Below, in pieces: positions 39,519-49,244 of a stretch of DNA of 57,894 nucleotides (within the stretch, counting starts at the first letter, position 1; each line of letters starts with the position of its first letter). The stretch is taken from the IMG/VR virus record IMGVR_UViG_3300031608_001030, positions 1 to 57,894 of that record. One strand, written 5' to 3'. The position numbers were made by a program, and so were the translations under genes. The notes below the pieces were generated by a model. It worked only from the letters and a program-made list of their open reading frames with translations. It searched no databases and had not been told where the DNA came from. This DNA comes from a virus (Duplodnaviria > Caudoviricetes).

Positions 39519-42035
39519 TTAAAATGAAAAGAATTGTCCGATTTTCTCTAAGTTTGGATTTGGGTTCTCCCAATCCATGGCGGCGTAGAAATCATCTAAC
39601 TTATTCTTTAATTCACGTTCCCATAACTTATCATAGTCGATGTATTGTTCTACCAAATCTAATATCTCTTTCGGGTCATTATATCCAGTCATACCTACAG
39701 TTTCCAATCCTAATGGATTATTCTTCAAATACACATACTTTATCTTATCACCATCTTTCATTGGTTCATATTTAAATGCTGCCTTATAATACTTCAATAA
39801 CTGATTGTAAGTAAGTGCTGCTTTAACATGCGCTGGTGTACCTTTCATAAACTCACCTAATACTTGCGTTTTAGTAGAATACTTACTCATACCCTTTACT
39901 GCTGAATTCTTAGCAATATCGATGTAATTTCGATTCGGCATATCATCCTTATAATCTAAAATCTTCTGGTCCAATAACATCTTATCTTCATCCTTTAGAA
40001 TATCCCATAATACAGTTGACATCACCTCTTTAAAGTATGTTGGAAATGAACTACGTTTTACATCTAGCCCCTTTACATCCAACTTATCACAATCTACGGA
40101 GTTATCATTGATAATCCATTGTGCGTATCGTTTCTTTGATACCCAAAAACCACCTTTTGCGATAGTCTCTTGCTTTATATCGAATCGATGATTAGTTACA
40201 TTGAATAACTTCTTTGACATCATGTCATACGTTCCATTGATGTGAGCCTCAACCTCTTGTGCTACTTGCAATATAGCAGGTATCATTTGTGCATCATCAT
40301 TCTCATCAATTTCAGGGTTTCTAGCTTTCACTAATGGAGCTGCCTGATAAAATACAGAATCCGTATCTGTATATACATTGTAATCAGCCTCTTTACCAAT
40401 ATGCTTAACATAATAACTGTTAGCTATCATCTCAGTAGTTTTAATTACAGTCTGACCTGTAAGTGTAACTGCTTCTGCGTTATCCACATCATAGAATCTA
40501 AAGGCTGGTAGCCCTAATACACCATAAAGTGAATTTAACATAATTTTCTGAACTAACTGTCTTTGATGATAGAATTTATATAAATCATCATTTCCAGCCT
40601 TTCCATGCTTTTTCATTTCATCTTTATACTGAACCCTCTTATCAAACCATACATTAAGAATCTCAGGTATTACACCTACTTTTTCTAAAGAGTATAAAAC
40701 ACCATTAGATGCTATCGATACATTCATCTTCTTAGTGAAATCCTCAAACTTACCTTTATCCATAGTAGGATATTCATTACCATCATCATCTACAATGATA
40801 TATTCATCAATTTTAGATTTCATATGGTCCTCTGCTGTATAACCTTTAACCTTACCAATCTTCGTTTCGGGTGAAATGTTAATTGTCATAATAATAGATG
40901 GATATAGTGATGTTAAATCTAAATCATATACCCACTTATAAAGACCTGGTTTAGGTTCTTTTACATATGCTCCGGTAAACTTACCTTCTGCATCTGAGCC
41001 ATCGGAGTTTTTATTTCTTCTTAAAGGTCTATCTGGAGCTACACGCCCACTTCTTCGTAGGAATGTTAATATTGCCCCCTCTAACCACTTTGATGAGAAT
41101 ATGAAATCCTCATAGAATACGTGACCTGCATGACAGATTGCTCTGGCTAATTCAATGAATTGTAATTTCTTATCCATATCAACTACCAATTCAACATCCA
41201 CTAAGTTATACTCAATGAACTTTTCAATATCATCTCTGAATAGTTGGTCTAAGTTCCCCTCATACTCAATCTTACCTCTACCCAATTCCATTCTAGCGAT
41301 AGTATCTAATCGATAATTTGGATATTCAGTATATGTAAAGTTTTTGAATAGAGCGATGTAATCTAATGCAGATACACCAGCTATGATATAACGCTGTCTG
41401 TATTTATTCCAATGAACTTTTTGAATTGGTGAGAGTCTATCTGCGTTCTTCTTACCAACCATTCGCTTCATTCGGTTGTACATATAAGTTACATCAAAGA
41501 AATCAATATTCCATCCTGTAATAATAGTAGGTGCAATCTCTTCCCATTTGTTTAAGAATGCCATTAACATATCTTCTTCATTTTCAAACGAACGAACCAT
41601 AGCACCTTTGATAGTTTTGTTTATCTCTTCACCTGGGGTGATAACATATACATAATAATCATTTGTTGCTGAATCATGGAATGCTACTGAAGTCATTGCG
41701 TTTTTAGCTTCTGATATATCCGGTAGACCTGAATTCATTTCTACCTCAATATCAAATGTTAATACGATGTTACCTTCTGATACTTCATCCGAATCACCAT
41801 ACTCATCAATTAGGAAACGAGTTACCTCATTTACATCAGATTCATATAATTTCAGATTATCTTCTCTATTCCAATAATTGATTTTCTTTAAACGCTCACC
41901 ATAAATTGATTGATGTGAGCCATTCCCATCCTCAATATACGCATAATTTCGGTGCTTCTTTGTGAAGTACCCCTTCTTGTCATCCCAGCAATGTAGGATG
42001 CCTCCTTCTTTTTCCCAATATACATTTTGATACAT
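39519..42035 (-). CDS. family B DNA polymerase (gp43-like)
   Basis: FDIE, GWNI.FFD, YNL.D exonuclease motifs; DLTSLYPS, KIMLNSLYG, YTDTDS, KKRY. Confidence 0.97.
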   Translation of the reverse strand: MYQNVYWEKEGGILHCWDDKKGYFTKKHRNYAYIEDGNGSHQSIYGERLKKINYWNREDNLKLYESDVNEVTRFLIDEYGDSDEVSEGNIVLTFDIEVEMNSGLPDISEAKNAMTSVAFHDSATNDYYVYVITPGEEINKTIKGAMVRSFENEEDMLMAFLNKWEEIAPTIITGWNIDFFDVTYMYNRMKRMVGKKNADRLSPIQKVHWNKYRQRYIIAGVSALDYIALFKNFTYTEYPNYRLDTIARMELGRGKIEYEGNLDQLFRDDIEKFIEYNLVDVELVVDMDKKLQFIELARAICHAGHVFYEDFIFSSKWLEGAILTFLRRSGRVAPDRPLRRNKNSDGSDAEGKFTGAYVKEPKPGLYKWVYDLDLTSLYPSIIMTINISPETKIGKVKGYTAEDHMKSKIDEYIIVDDDGNEYPTMDKGKFEDFTKKMNVSIASNGVLYSLEKVGVIPEILNVWFDKRVQYKDEMKKHGKAGNDDLYKFYHQRQLVQKIMLNSLYGVLGLPAFRFYDVDNAEAVTLTGQTVIKTTEMIANSYYVKHIGKEADYNVYTDTDSVFYQAAPLVKARNPEIDENDDAQMIPAILQVAQEVEAHINGTYDMMSKKLFNVTNHRFDIKQETIAKGGFWVSKKRYAQWIINDNSVDCDKLDVKGLDVKRSSFPTYFKEVMSTVLWDILKDEDKMLLDQKILDYKDDMPNRNYIDIAKNSAVKGMSKYSTKTQVLGEFMKGTPAHVKAALTYNQLLKYYKAAFKYEPMKDGDKIKYVYLKNNPLGLETVGMTGYNDPKEILDLVEQYIDYDKLWERELKNKLDDFYAAMDWENPNPNLEKIGQFFSF

Positions 42036-42049
42036 AACTTAATTTTATT

Positions 42050-43189
42050 TTAACAAATATACAACTTTTTATGGAGATTACCAAGCATTTCCCCTTCATT
42101 TTTTGAAAGTTCTTTTGCTCTCTCTATAGCAAGTGTGTCTTTTTCCTTTCTTACTTCATCATTATCCAACAATGTATCTAACATCGAAAAGAAATCCTTT
42201 TTGAATTTAAAGAACATCCCATTCGGGTCTATTTCGTGATAACACTCTGAATCGTGCCATATCATTGGTGTACCATTCATCATACAGTCAGTACCACTTA
42301 CAGACCAACCGTAGTTAGTTTGCTTCATCTGAACACCTACCTTACAATTTTGTAATCTAGCATAGTATTCGTGCTTTGGTACTTTTGAATTATCAATCCA
42401 ACTATGTGGTGGTGTACCATTCAACTGAGGAATCCATACTTTGAAATCCTGTCGTTTAGTTCTATACTCTTCCATTAGTTCTATAAACTTAGGATATCCT
42501 TTATATGCTGCTGCTCTGTGATTAAATACAATAACATTTTCTTTAGTATCTTTAATAGTATCCACAATCTTTTCAGATTGTACACCTAAATTCCATACAT
42601 TAAGAATATTATCTAATTTATCAACGAACTCATCATTGAAGGTTTCCTTTGCTTCTGCTAATACCCTATTCTTTTGGTCTTGTGTATTTAAATAACAAGT
42701 ATCCATCTGAGATACACCTAATAATTCAATTGGTAACCATAACCACTTTGCTTTACCGGGTCTACGGTCAATTCCATTAGATGATTTCATTTCCCACCAA
42801 TGACAATATCCTATTATCTTAGTATCGATTGAATTCTTATACCTACCAACTTGCGGCCAATCTGGTAAATGTGAATATATTACATCATAATCAACATCCC
42901 TTAATATAGCGATTAACTTATCAGGTGGATATGCCCTCTGATTCATCATATCACCGGGAATGTCAGCCTGATGTTGTTTTACATTTGGTAAGTTAAGTTT
43001 CTTACTTACTTTACCAGTCGGCATTACGATGTGCCAAAAGTATTCACCATATTTATCTAACCCTTTGATGTGGTTATGTATTACATCTACAAAAGAGTCT
43101 TTCTCTATGTTTGAGGAGTTAGTGATATTTGGTATCACTAACACTTTCCTCGCTTTACTATAATCTATACTTTCCCAAAATTCCATCAT
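42050..43189 (-). CDS. GT-B glycosyltransferase, candidate DNA-modifying
   Basis: DYDVIYSHLP, IVFNHR...YKG, YGW..S..D....GTP; immediately upstream of PolB. Confidence 0.7.
   Translation of the reverse strand: MMEFWESIDYSKARKVLVIPNITNSSNIEKDSFVDVIHNHIKGLDKYGEYFWHIVMPTGKVSKKLNLPNVKQHQADIPGDMMNQRAYPPDKLIAILRDVDYDVIYSHLPDWPQVGRYKNSIDTKIIGYCHWWEMKSSNGIDRRPGKAKWLWLPIELLGVSQMDTCYLNTQDQKNRVLAEAKETFNDEFVDKLDNILNVWNLGVQSEKIVDTIKDTKENVIVFNHRAAAYKGYPKFIELMEEYRTKRQDFKVWIPQLNGTPPHSWIDNSKVPKHEYYARLQNCKVGVQMKQTNYGWSVSGTDCMMNGTPMIWHDSECYHEIDPNGMFFKFKKDFFSMLDTLLDNDEVRKEKDTLAIERAKELSKNEGEMLGNLHKKLYIC
42053..42085 (-). promoter_or_regulatory. class-1 promoter for PolB
   Basis: minus strand CTTGG...TTGTATATTTGT. 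Confidence 0.7.
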
Positions 43190-44499
43190 AATATTACTTT
43201 TTCACGTTTGTAAGTCATTTCTATTATTTCGTAAGTGTATCCCTTTGATGTTAACCAATAATCCAATCTCTCTCTTAATTTCATCTCTTCATCTACCCAT
43301 AACTCTTCAGCTGCAATAAATGATGAATGATAAACGTAATAAGCAAGGTGTTTTCTACCCTGCTTATCATCTTGCATTTTCTCACATGCTCTATCCCAAC
43401 GAAGTGAAGATGATGATTGGGATATAGCTAAAGTTTTATCGGTTGTACTTTCGGTTACAGCTTTAGTAAGAACTCCCTTATCTGCTTCTTGATAATCAAT
43501 CAATACTACATTCTGAAGAGTTTCATACAAATATGATTTTTTAAGTTCTTCAGCTTTTTTAAAGATATCTCTTCTTTCAGCTGAATCTTTACCAGAATCT
43601 TTTAGAATACCAATATTCATATCTGAATCTATTTCCAGTCGATTTCTTAACCAAAATCCGAATATCGTTTTTGCTAAAGTTTCTTTACTATTTGGTTCTT
43701 TTCTAATTTCTTTATCTTTATTAAGCCCAGTCGCAATCAACTCAATCTCACTAGTCGATAAATCAGCATGTATCTCTTTAGGTATTCTGATTACTTTTAT
43801 TGTAAGTGAGCCACAACTATGAGCGGCTTTTAATGTATGTGCTCCATCAATTCTTAAATCAGTTTCTCTATATAGTTTTTTATTTAATCTATCTTCTAAT
43901 ATAACAATTGGATTACAATTTTTAGTACTACCACTAACTTCGTTGATTTTAGATTTTATATATTTAAGTAAACTAGGAACATACTCCCCCAATCTAACTT
44001 GCCAAGTTGATATTTTCACCAAATTAGATACACTTTCAGTTGTAATGGGATATACACCATTCTCTATATTAGATACAATCTCTTTAACTAATGAAGGTCT
44101 CATTTTTTCTTTGTGATATGAACCATACATCTGATTCCAAAATTCGGGAGACCGAACAGCGTCATGCTTATCTATTTCATCAGATTCTTTGTTTTTCATA
44201 GTAGAATACTCACCATATTCTAATATTTTATATTGAATACGCTTTTCATCACCTTGAAGAATTGCTTTTCCTTCCAAATGCTTCATAGAAGTCCAATATA
44301 ATTTATCATTAAGTTTGTGTACCCCTAAGTACATACTACCAGATATCAAATCTTTAATATAATAAAGATATGCCTCATATGCCATTGGCTGATTTCCTAA
44401 ATCAACTTCTTTCATTGATGGTATCTTATAAAAATCAGATTCAGATAACCTAAACTGATTTTTAATACCATTACCACTACTTACTACTAATTCTGCCAT
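43186..44499 (-). CDS. protein with GIY-YIG-like N-terminus and ParB-like central motif
   Basis: YLYYIKD.....YLGVHK...Y.TS...E...N (Seg-like); PIVIL...RIDGAHT..A. Confidence 0.55.
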   Translation of the reverse strand: MAELVVSSGNGIKNQFRLSESDFYKIPSMKEVDLGNQPMAYEAYLYYIKDLISGSMYLGVHKLNDKLYWTSMKHLEGKAILQGDEKRIQYKILEYGEYSTMKNKESDEIDKHDAVRSPEFWNQMYGSYHKEKMRPSLVKEIVSNIENGVYPITTESVSNLVKISTWQVRLGEYVPSLLKYIKSKINEVSGSTKNCNPIVILEDRLNKKLYRETDLRIDGAHTLKAAHSCGSLTIKVIRIPKEIHADLSTSEIELIATGLNKDKEIRKEPNSKETLAKTIFGFWLRNRLEIDSDMNIGILKDSGKDSAERRDIFKKAEELKKSYLYETLQNVVLIDYQEADKGVLTKAVTESTTDKTLAISQSSSSLRWDRACEKMQDDKQGRKHLAYYVYHSSFIAAEELWVDEEMKLRERLDYWLTSKGYTYEIIEMTYKREKVIL

Positions 44500-44535
44500 A
44501 ATTTTTATTATTTATTTATTTATTTATTTATTATA

Positions 44536-44642
44536 GGACTCAACTCTGTCCCTTTCTTATTACATAATAAAGATACGAATAATATATTGAAATTCCTAGC
44601 CTTTTATGATTTATTTTAAAAAGTTATTAACAATTTAATGTT
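44536..44642 (-). repeat. dispersed promoter/stem-loop cassette, copy 2
   Basis: two blocks shared with 13103-13209. Confidence 0.85.
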
Positions 44643-44669
44643 TACAGTAGATTGTTTACTGTAAACTCA

Positions 44670-45473
44670 CTACCAAAAGTTTATTGCGTTCGATTCCTCA
44701 GGCGCATAAGTGGTATGTGTTACAACTTCGGTGTTGTATTCAGATGCATCCTTCGGATACGGTCTGATTGGGTGTTTTAAACTACCCATTAAATGTTTCT
44801 TTTCTTTTTTACTTTGAGGTAACAACTGAATGTACCTATGCTTTGGTGGTTCTTCACGTCTCCAAAATTCAGTATGTCCTTCTTTACCGATTTCTTTACG
44901 AAGATGCTCTAAGTTACCACTACCCCATAATGAATATACAGTTCTACTATGAATCCAATTGTATGGGTCTTTGGTTAAAGATATACCCCAATTCGGCATA
45001 AGTGCTATATCAGTATTTAATCCCTGATACACCCAATTGGTTGCTTTGTAAATTCCACCAACATGCCCTTCACCGTTATTTGCATAACTAAGTAAACATT
45101 TGATGTTTTTATCGTTTTCTTTTAACCACTTAAATGTTTGTGACATTGCAAAAGATTCTATATTAGAACCATACCCGTCATCTATATATAAACGAGTAAG
45201 TTCTAATACATTGTCTTTTGTTAATTCTTCAGATATTGAAGTTGCTGCTCTAGCCCCAACTGGGAAACCATATACTGCAACACCGATTAACTTATCTTCA
45301 CCAAATTGAAATGAACTATCATCTGCTTTGTAGTAAACACCTAATGCGTATCTACAAGCAGTCCAAGCATGCGTATAATGCTTTTTGATAATCATATCTT
45401 TGGCAATAGATTTTGCTATTGGCGCTATATGTACCTTAGATACATCACAGTAATCCTTTCCCTCTTCTTTCAT
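44670..45473 (-). CDS. Mom-like (GNAT-fold) DNA modification protein
   Basis: HYTH, GVAVYG, LELTRL, SYA...GH.G.IYKATNW.Y.G, K.RY. Confidence 0.8.
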   Translation of the reverse strand: MKEEGKDYCDVSKVHIAPIAKSIAKDMIIKKHYTHAWTACRYALGVYYKADDSSFQFGEDKLIGVAVYGFPVGARAATSISEELTKDNVLELTRLYIDDGYGSNIESFAMSQTFKWLKENDKNIKCLLSYANNGEGHVGGIYKATNWVYQGLNTDIALMPNWGISLTKDPYNWIHSRTVYSLWGSGNLEHLRKEIGKEGHTEFWRREEPPKHRYIQLLPQSKKEKKHLMGSLKHPIRPYPKDASEYNTEVVTHTTYAPEESNAINFW

Positions 45474-45479
45474 AACTGA

Positions 45480-45683
45480 TTATTGATAATTGTTAAATTC
45501 CCCAAACAACAAGTGTTTCCAAGTCTCACCTTTCACTATCCTACGGATATTAGCTGACGATACTCCATTATTCCTCGCCAAAACCTTTATGTTTCGATGT
45601 CCTATTTTATATAGGGTTCTAATAGATTTCACTTGCTCTTCGGTAAGTTTATGTGCTGGGTGTGATTCTCCTCTTAATGCCAT
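45480..45683 (-). CDS. small HTH DNA-binding protein
   Basis: RGESHP.HKLTEEQV..IR...LA...GVS...I..I..G.TWKH; ATG at 45683. Confidence 0.75.
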   Translation of the reverse strand: MALRGESHPAHKLTEEQVKSIRTLYKIGHRNIKVLARNNGVSSANIRRIVKGETWKHLLFGEFNNYQ

Positions 45684-45707
45684 TGTTCTTCGTAACTTTT
45701 TATTATT

Positions 45708-45743
45708 GTAAATATACAAAACTTTTTTGGATTTTCCTAATTT
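45708..45743 (-). promoter_or_regulatory. class-1 promoter
   Basis: minus strand AAATTAGG...TTGTATATTTAC. Confidence 0.7.
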
Positions 45744-45981
45744 ATTTTGCTGCATTTATATAAGTAGATGCTTGCTGCACTCCTATGAACCGGTGTACTA
45801 CCACACCATCATTTATTAATATCACAGTTGGTATATTTTTAACATTATATTGTGTAGCTACATCCGGTTGGGAATCTACATCGATTTTTTGAACAGTAAC
45901 CGATTGTCCTACTTGAGCCATAATCGGGCTTAGTGTTTTACATGGGCCACACCATTCGGCCGAAAAGTATAAATATTTCAT
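45742..45981 (-). CDS. trxA: thioredoxin
   Basis: FSAEWCGPCK, IDVD, IPT. Confidence 0.93.
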   Translation of the reverse strand: MKYLYFSAEWCGPCKTLSPIMAQVGQSVTVQKIDVDSQPDVATQYNVKNIPTVILINDGVVVHRFIGVQQASTYINAAK

Positions 45982-46014
45982 ATTATTGTTGTTTTAAATG
46001 TTATTAAAAATGAA

Positions 46015-46080
46015 ATGGGGGTAGCGAACCCCCCATCTCTCCGTTACGAATAACGGTCCTAAAGGTGGTCGTTAGACCAC
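46015..46080 (-). other. three-hairpin intergenic structure
   Basis: GTGGTC/GACCAC, CCGTTA/TAACGG, ATGGGGG/CCCCCAT stems. Confidence 0.7.
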
Positions 46081-46087
46081 ATTATCG

Positions 46088-47860
46088 TTACCCATCACAG
46101 GATAAACAATCCGGGTCCATTGCTCTTTCAGCAATATCACCTCTTAATACTGATTCAGTTCGTGTATAGTAAAGTGTTTTTACACCTTGCTTCCACGCCT
46201 CCATATGTACAGTATTCATCCATTTTGGTGTTGCTACTGATGGGAATGCCAAATTAAGCGATACCGATTGGTCTATATACTGCTGTCTAATTCCAGCCTG
46301 TCTAACTAATTCCAGCTGATTGATTTCTTTGAATGTTTTAAATACATCCTTAATTTCATCAGTTACAGATAATTCTTTAACATCATCTCTACTAATAATC
46401 TTACCATCACAGAAAACCCAATTATCCAATTCAGTTAATCCTTGAACACTACCTTCATCTGCAAGAATCGTATCCCAAGTATCTTTATTATTCATACCAA
46501 TCTTACGAAGAACTTTTTCTAATTCTTTGTTTTTTCTGATGAACGTTCCTTTTGATGTTTGTTCGGTGAATACATTTGCAGCCCAAGGTTCAATACCCGG
46601 AGAAACATTACCACTCAGTTTAGAATTAGATACAGTTGGAGCGATTGCTCTTAAATGAGTATTTCTCATTGATTGACCAACACACCATAATGGTTCACCC
46701 ATTTCCTCTGCCATATCTCTACTCGCTCTTTCAGATTCGATTTTCATTTGAGAAAATATCTTACGAGTTTCAAATTGAGAAGTTAATGAATCAAACGGAA
46801 TACCTCTTTGTTGTAAGTAAGTATGCCACCCTAATACACCTAATCCTAATGCTCTACCTTTTTGTGCTGAACGTACAGAGTTTTCAAATCCTCTCATATT
46901 CTTAGCCTTTTGTATAAATTCCTCAAGTACACCATCTAAAAACCATGTAGCGGTATATACTAAATCAGTATCTTTCCACTCATCATATTTAGATAAGTTT
47001 AGTGATGATAAACAGCAAACAAATGAGTGATTTTCATCTGTATGTAAAGTAATTTCAGAACAAATGTTCGTCATATGTACTTTTAATCCATTTTTCTTAT
47101 ATGCTTCTGGGTTTTGTTTATTAACATTACCTTTATACATAATATAAGGTTCACCTGTTGCTTTACGCTTTGCGATTACCTTACCCCACTTTCTACGAGC
47201 CTCTTCATCGCCATCTTCTAACTTTCTCATAAACTTATCACCAACAACTACACATTGGTGTAGATTTAAACACTGTCGGTTCACATCACCCTTTGGTTCA
47301 CGGATATCAATCCATTCATCAAAATCAGAATGCTCTATGTTTAAGTTTACAGATGCTGCACCACGTCTTACAGAACCTTGATTGGTTGCTATAACAGTAG
47401 AGTCGTATATCTTACAAAATGGAACTACACCATCGGATGTACCATTCTGTGTAATTTTAGCTCCGGCTGGTCTGATTTGATTAATACCAATACCAACACC
47501 ACCTCCATGTTTAGCTAACAACATCATTTCTAAATTCTTAGTTCCAATATCTTGTATTGAATCTGCTACATCTACACCGAAGCAACTAATAGGTAATCCC
47601 CTATCAGTACCAGTATTTGATAATACAGGTGATGCTAAGTTCAACCAACCCTTCCAAACGTAATCAAAAAACTTAGATGCCATCTGTGGTTTATTTAATC
47701 TACGTGCTACTGTGGTACAAACTCGCCAATACGCATCCTTTGGTGTTTCTCCCGCTAAGAGATACCCATTACTGATGGTTTTGACGTATATTTCTGTGTT
47801 TGCCCATTCTGGGAAATCTACACCGAGCTCCCATCCTAAATCTTCTGCTAAATTCTTCAT
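46088..47860 (-). CDS. nrdA: ribonucleotide reductase class Ia alpha subunit (no ATP cone)
   Basis: PISCF, GGGVG, RRGA, TNICSEI, AIAPT, DQSVS, KTLYY, C-terminal CLSC. Confidence 0.95.
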   Translation of the reverse strand: MKNLAEDLGWELGVDFPEWANTEIYVKTISNGYLLAGETPKDAYWRVCTTVARRLNKPQMASKFFDYVWKGWLNLASPVLSNTGTDRGLPISCFGVDVADSIQDIGTKNLEMMLLAKHGGGVGIGINQIRPAGAKITQNGTSDGVVPFCKIYDSTVIATNQGSVRRGAASVNLNIEHSDFDEWIDIREPKGDVNRQCLNLHQCVVVGDKFMRKLEDGDEEARRKWGKVIAKRKATGEPYIMYKGNVNKQNPEAYKKNGLKVHMTNICSEITLHTDENHSFVCCLSSLNLSKYDEWKDTDLVYTATWFLDGVLEEFIQKAKNMRGFENSVRSAQKGRALGLGVLGWHTYLQQRGIPFDSLTSQFETRKIFSQMKIESERASRDMAEEMGEPLWCVGQSMRNTHLRAIAPTVSNSKLSGNVSPGIEPWAANVFTEQTSKGTFIRKNKELEKVLRKIGMNNKDTWDTILADEGSVQGLTELDNWVFCDGKIISRDDVKELSVTDEIKDVFKTFKEINQLELVRQAGIRQQYIDQSVSLNLAFPSVATPKWMNTVHMEAWKQGVKTLYYTRTESVLRGDIAERAMDPDCLSCDG

Positions 47861-48156
47861 GCTTTTATAAATACCCCATTTGTTGTTACTCCCTTACGGT
47901 CCTTTATCTCATCCCATGCAGCAGTCAAACATTCTTCCGGTGTAAACCCACATTGTTTTGCTAAAATGATTAGAGTTACAAATGAATCCCCAATACCATC
48001 TTTTAATTCATGCTGGTCGTTCTTCGCAAGAGCTCCGGCGGTCTCACCAACCTCTTCCATCACTTTTAACATCTGCTTAGTTGCGTTCTCTGGTTTAAGA
48101 ATTGATTTATCATCAGCCCATTCGAGTACATTATCAATTAATACATTAAATTTCAT
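47857..48156 (-). CDS. MazG-like NTP pyrophosphohydrolase
   Basis: KVMEEVGE...DGIGD...AWDEIKDRKG; ATG at 48156. Confidence 0.88.
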   Translation of the reverse strand: MKFNVLIDNVLEWADDKSILKPENATKQMLKVMEEVGETAGALAKNDQHELKDGIGDSFVTLIILAKQCGFTPEECLTAAWDEIKDRKGVTTNGVFIKA

Positions 48157-48197
48157 AACTGTTTGTTTTTTTATATTATTATTATTATTACTATTAC

Positions 48198-49190
48198 TTA
48201 CCACATATCACTAAAATCATCGCCTTCGTTAGGTTTACTATAATCAGTAGGTCTAACTGCGAAGAAATCGGTATGTGTTGCCCCACCTGTAAGATGGTAA
48301 AACCAATCCAATTCATCGGCTTTCTTTTCATCGTATTCGAATATACCACCATATCCAAGTTCTTTTAATTTCTCATTACCTCTTTTTGAGATGAAATGCT
48401 TTAAATCATCCTTCTTTAGGTTTTCTAAATCACCCATTTCAAATATCTTATCAATAAACTCATGTTCCATTCCTATCATTAATCGGGCAGCCTCTTCTAT
48501 TGATGATTTGGAAGCCTCTTTTAATTCAGGGTATTCTGAACACAGTTGATTGAATAACTGACATCCCATTTTACTATGTAATGATTCATCCCTTACAGAC
48601 CATTTCATTTGCTGTCCAATACCTTTTAATAAATTTCTCATTTGGAAACTATATAAAACTGCAAATGAACTATATAAACTCACACCTTCTGCGAATGCTG
48701 AGAATATTGCTAATGAACGGGCTACATCCTCTCTAGCCTCACTACTCTTTGCTAAATCCTTATAAGTGTATTTACCACCAGTACCCATTAGGTATTCGAA
48801 TTTGTTAGCCATAGTCGGTTCATGTAGGAATCCATCAAAATCATCTAATCCCAATGATTCATTAAGGTAAGAGTATGCAGTTGCATGTATCGTTTCCTGC
48901 GAACCAAACATTATAGCCATCTGCTTAATTTCCCACTTTGGAAACCAATCAGTTACCATTGTAGTCCAATAATCAGAAACAGCACATTCCGTTTGTGCAA
49001 ATCCCAATAGGATATTCCCTACTAAATTCTTCTCAGATTCACTAAGATTTTCGTTCCAATCCTTTATATCACCCTGCATTGCGATTTCAGTATGTAACCA
49101 AAACGCTTGTGCTTGCTTTAACCAACCTTCAGTATAATACTCAGGGTATTCGAATGGTTTATATGCTACTCTTTCTTTAAATATTGACAT
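48198..49190 (-). CDS. nrdB: ribonucleotide reductase class Ia beta subunit
   Basis: QETIHA.AYS, AEGV.L.SSF, RDESLH, TDFF. Confidence 0.95.
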   Translation of the reverse strand: MSIFKERVAYKPFEYPEYYTEGWLKQAQAFWLHTEIAMQGDIKDWNENLSESEKNLVGNILLGFAQTECAVSDYWTTMVTDWFPKWEIKQMAIMFGSQETIHATAYSYLNESLGLDDFDGFLHEPTMANKFEYLMGTGGKYTYKDLAKSSEAREDVARSLAIFSAFAEGVSLYSSFAVLYSFQMRNLLKGIGQQMKWSVRDESLHSKMGCQLFNQLCSEYPELKEASKSSIEEAARLMIGMEHEFIDKIFEMGDLENLKKDDLKHFISKRGNEKLKELGYGGIFEYDEKKADELDWFYHLTGGATHTDFFAVRPTDYSKPNEGDDFSDMW

Positions 49191-49244
49191 AGATTTCTTT
49201 TTATTTTTAGTGTAATTTATTTATTGGGTGATTATAAGTATGGA

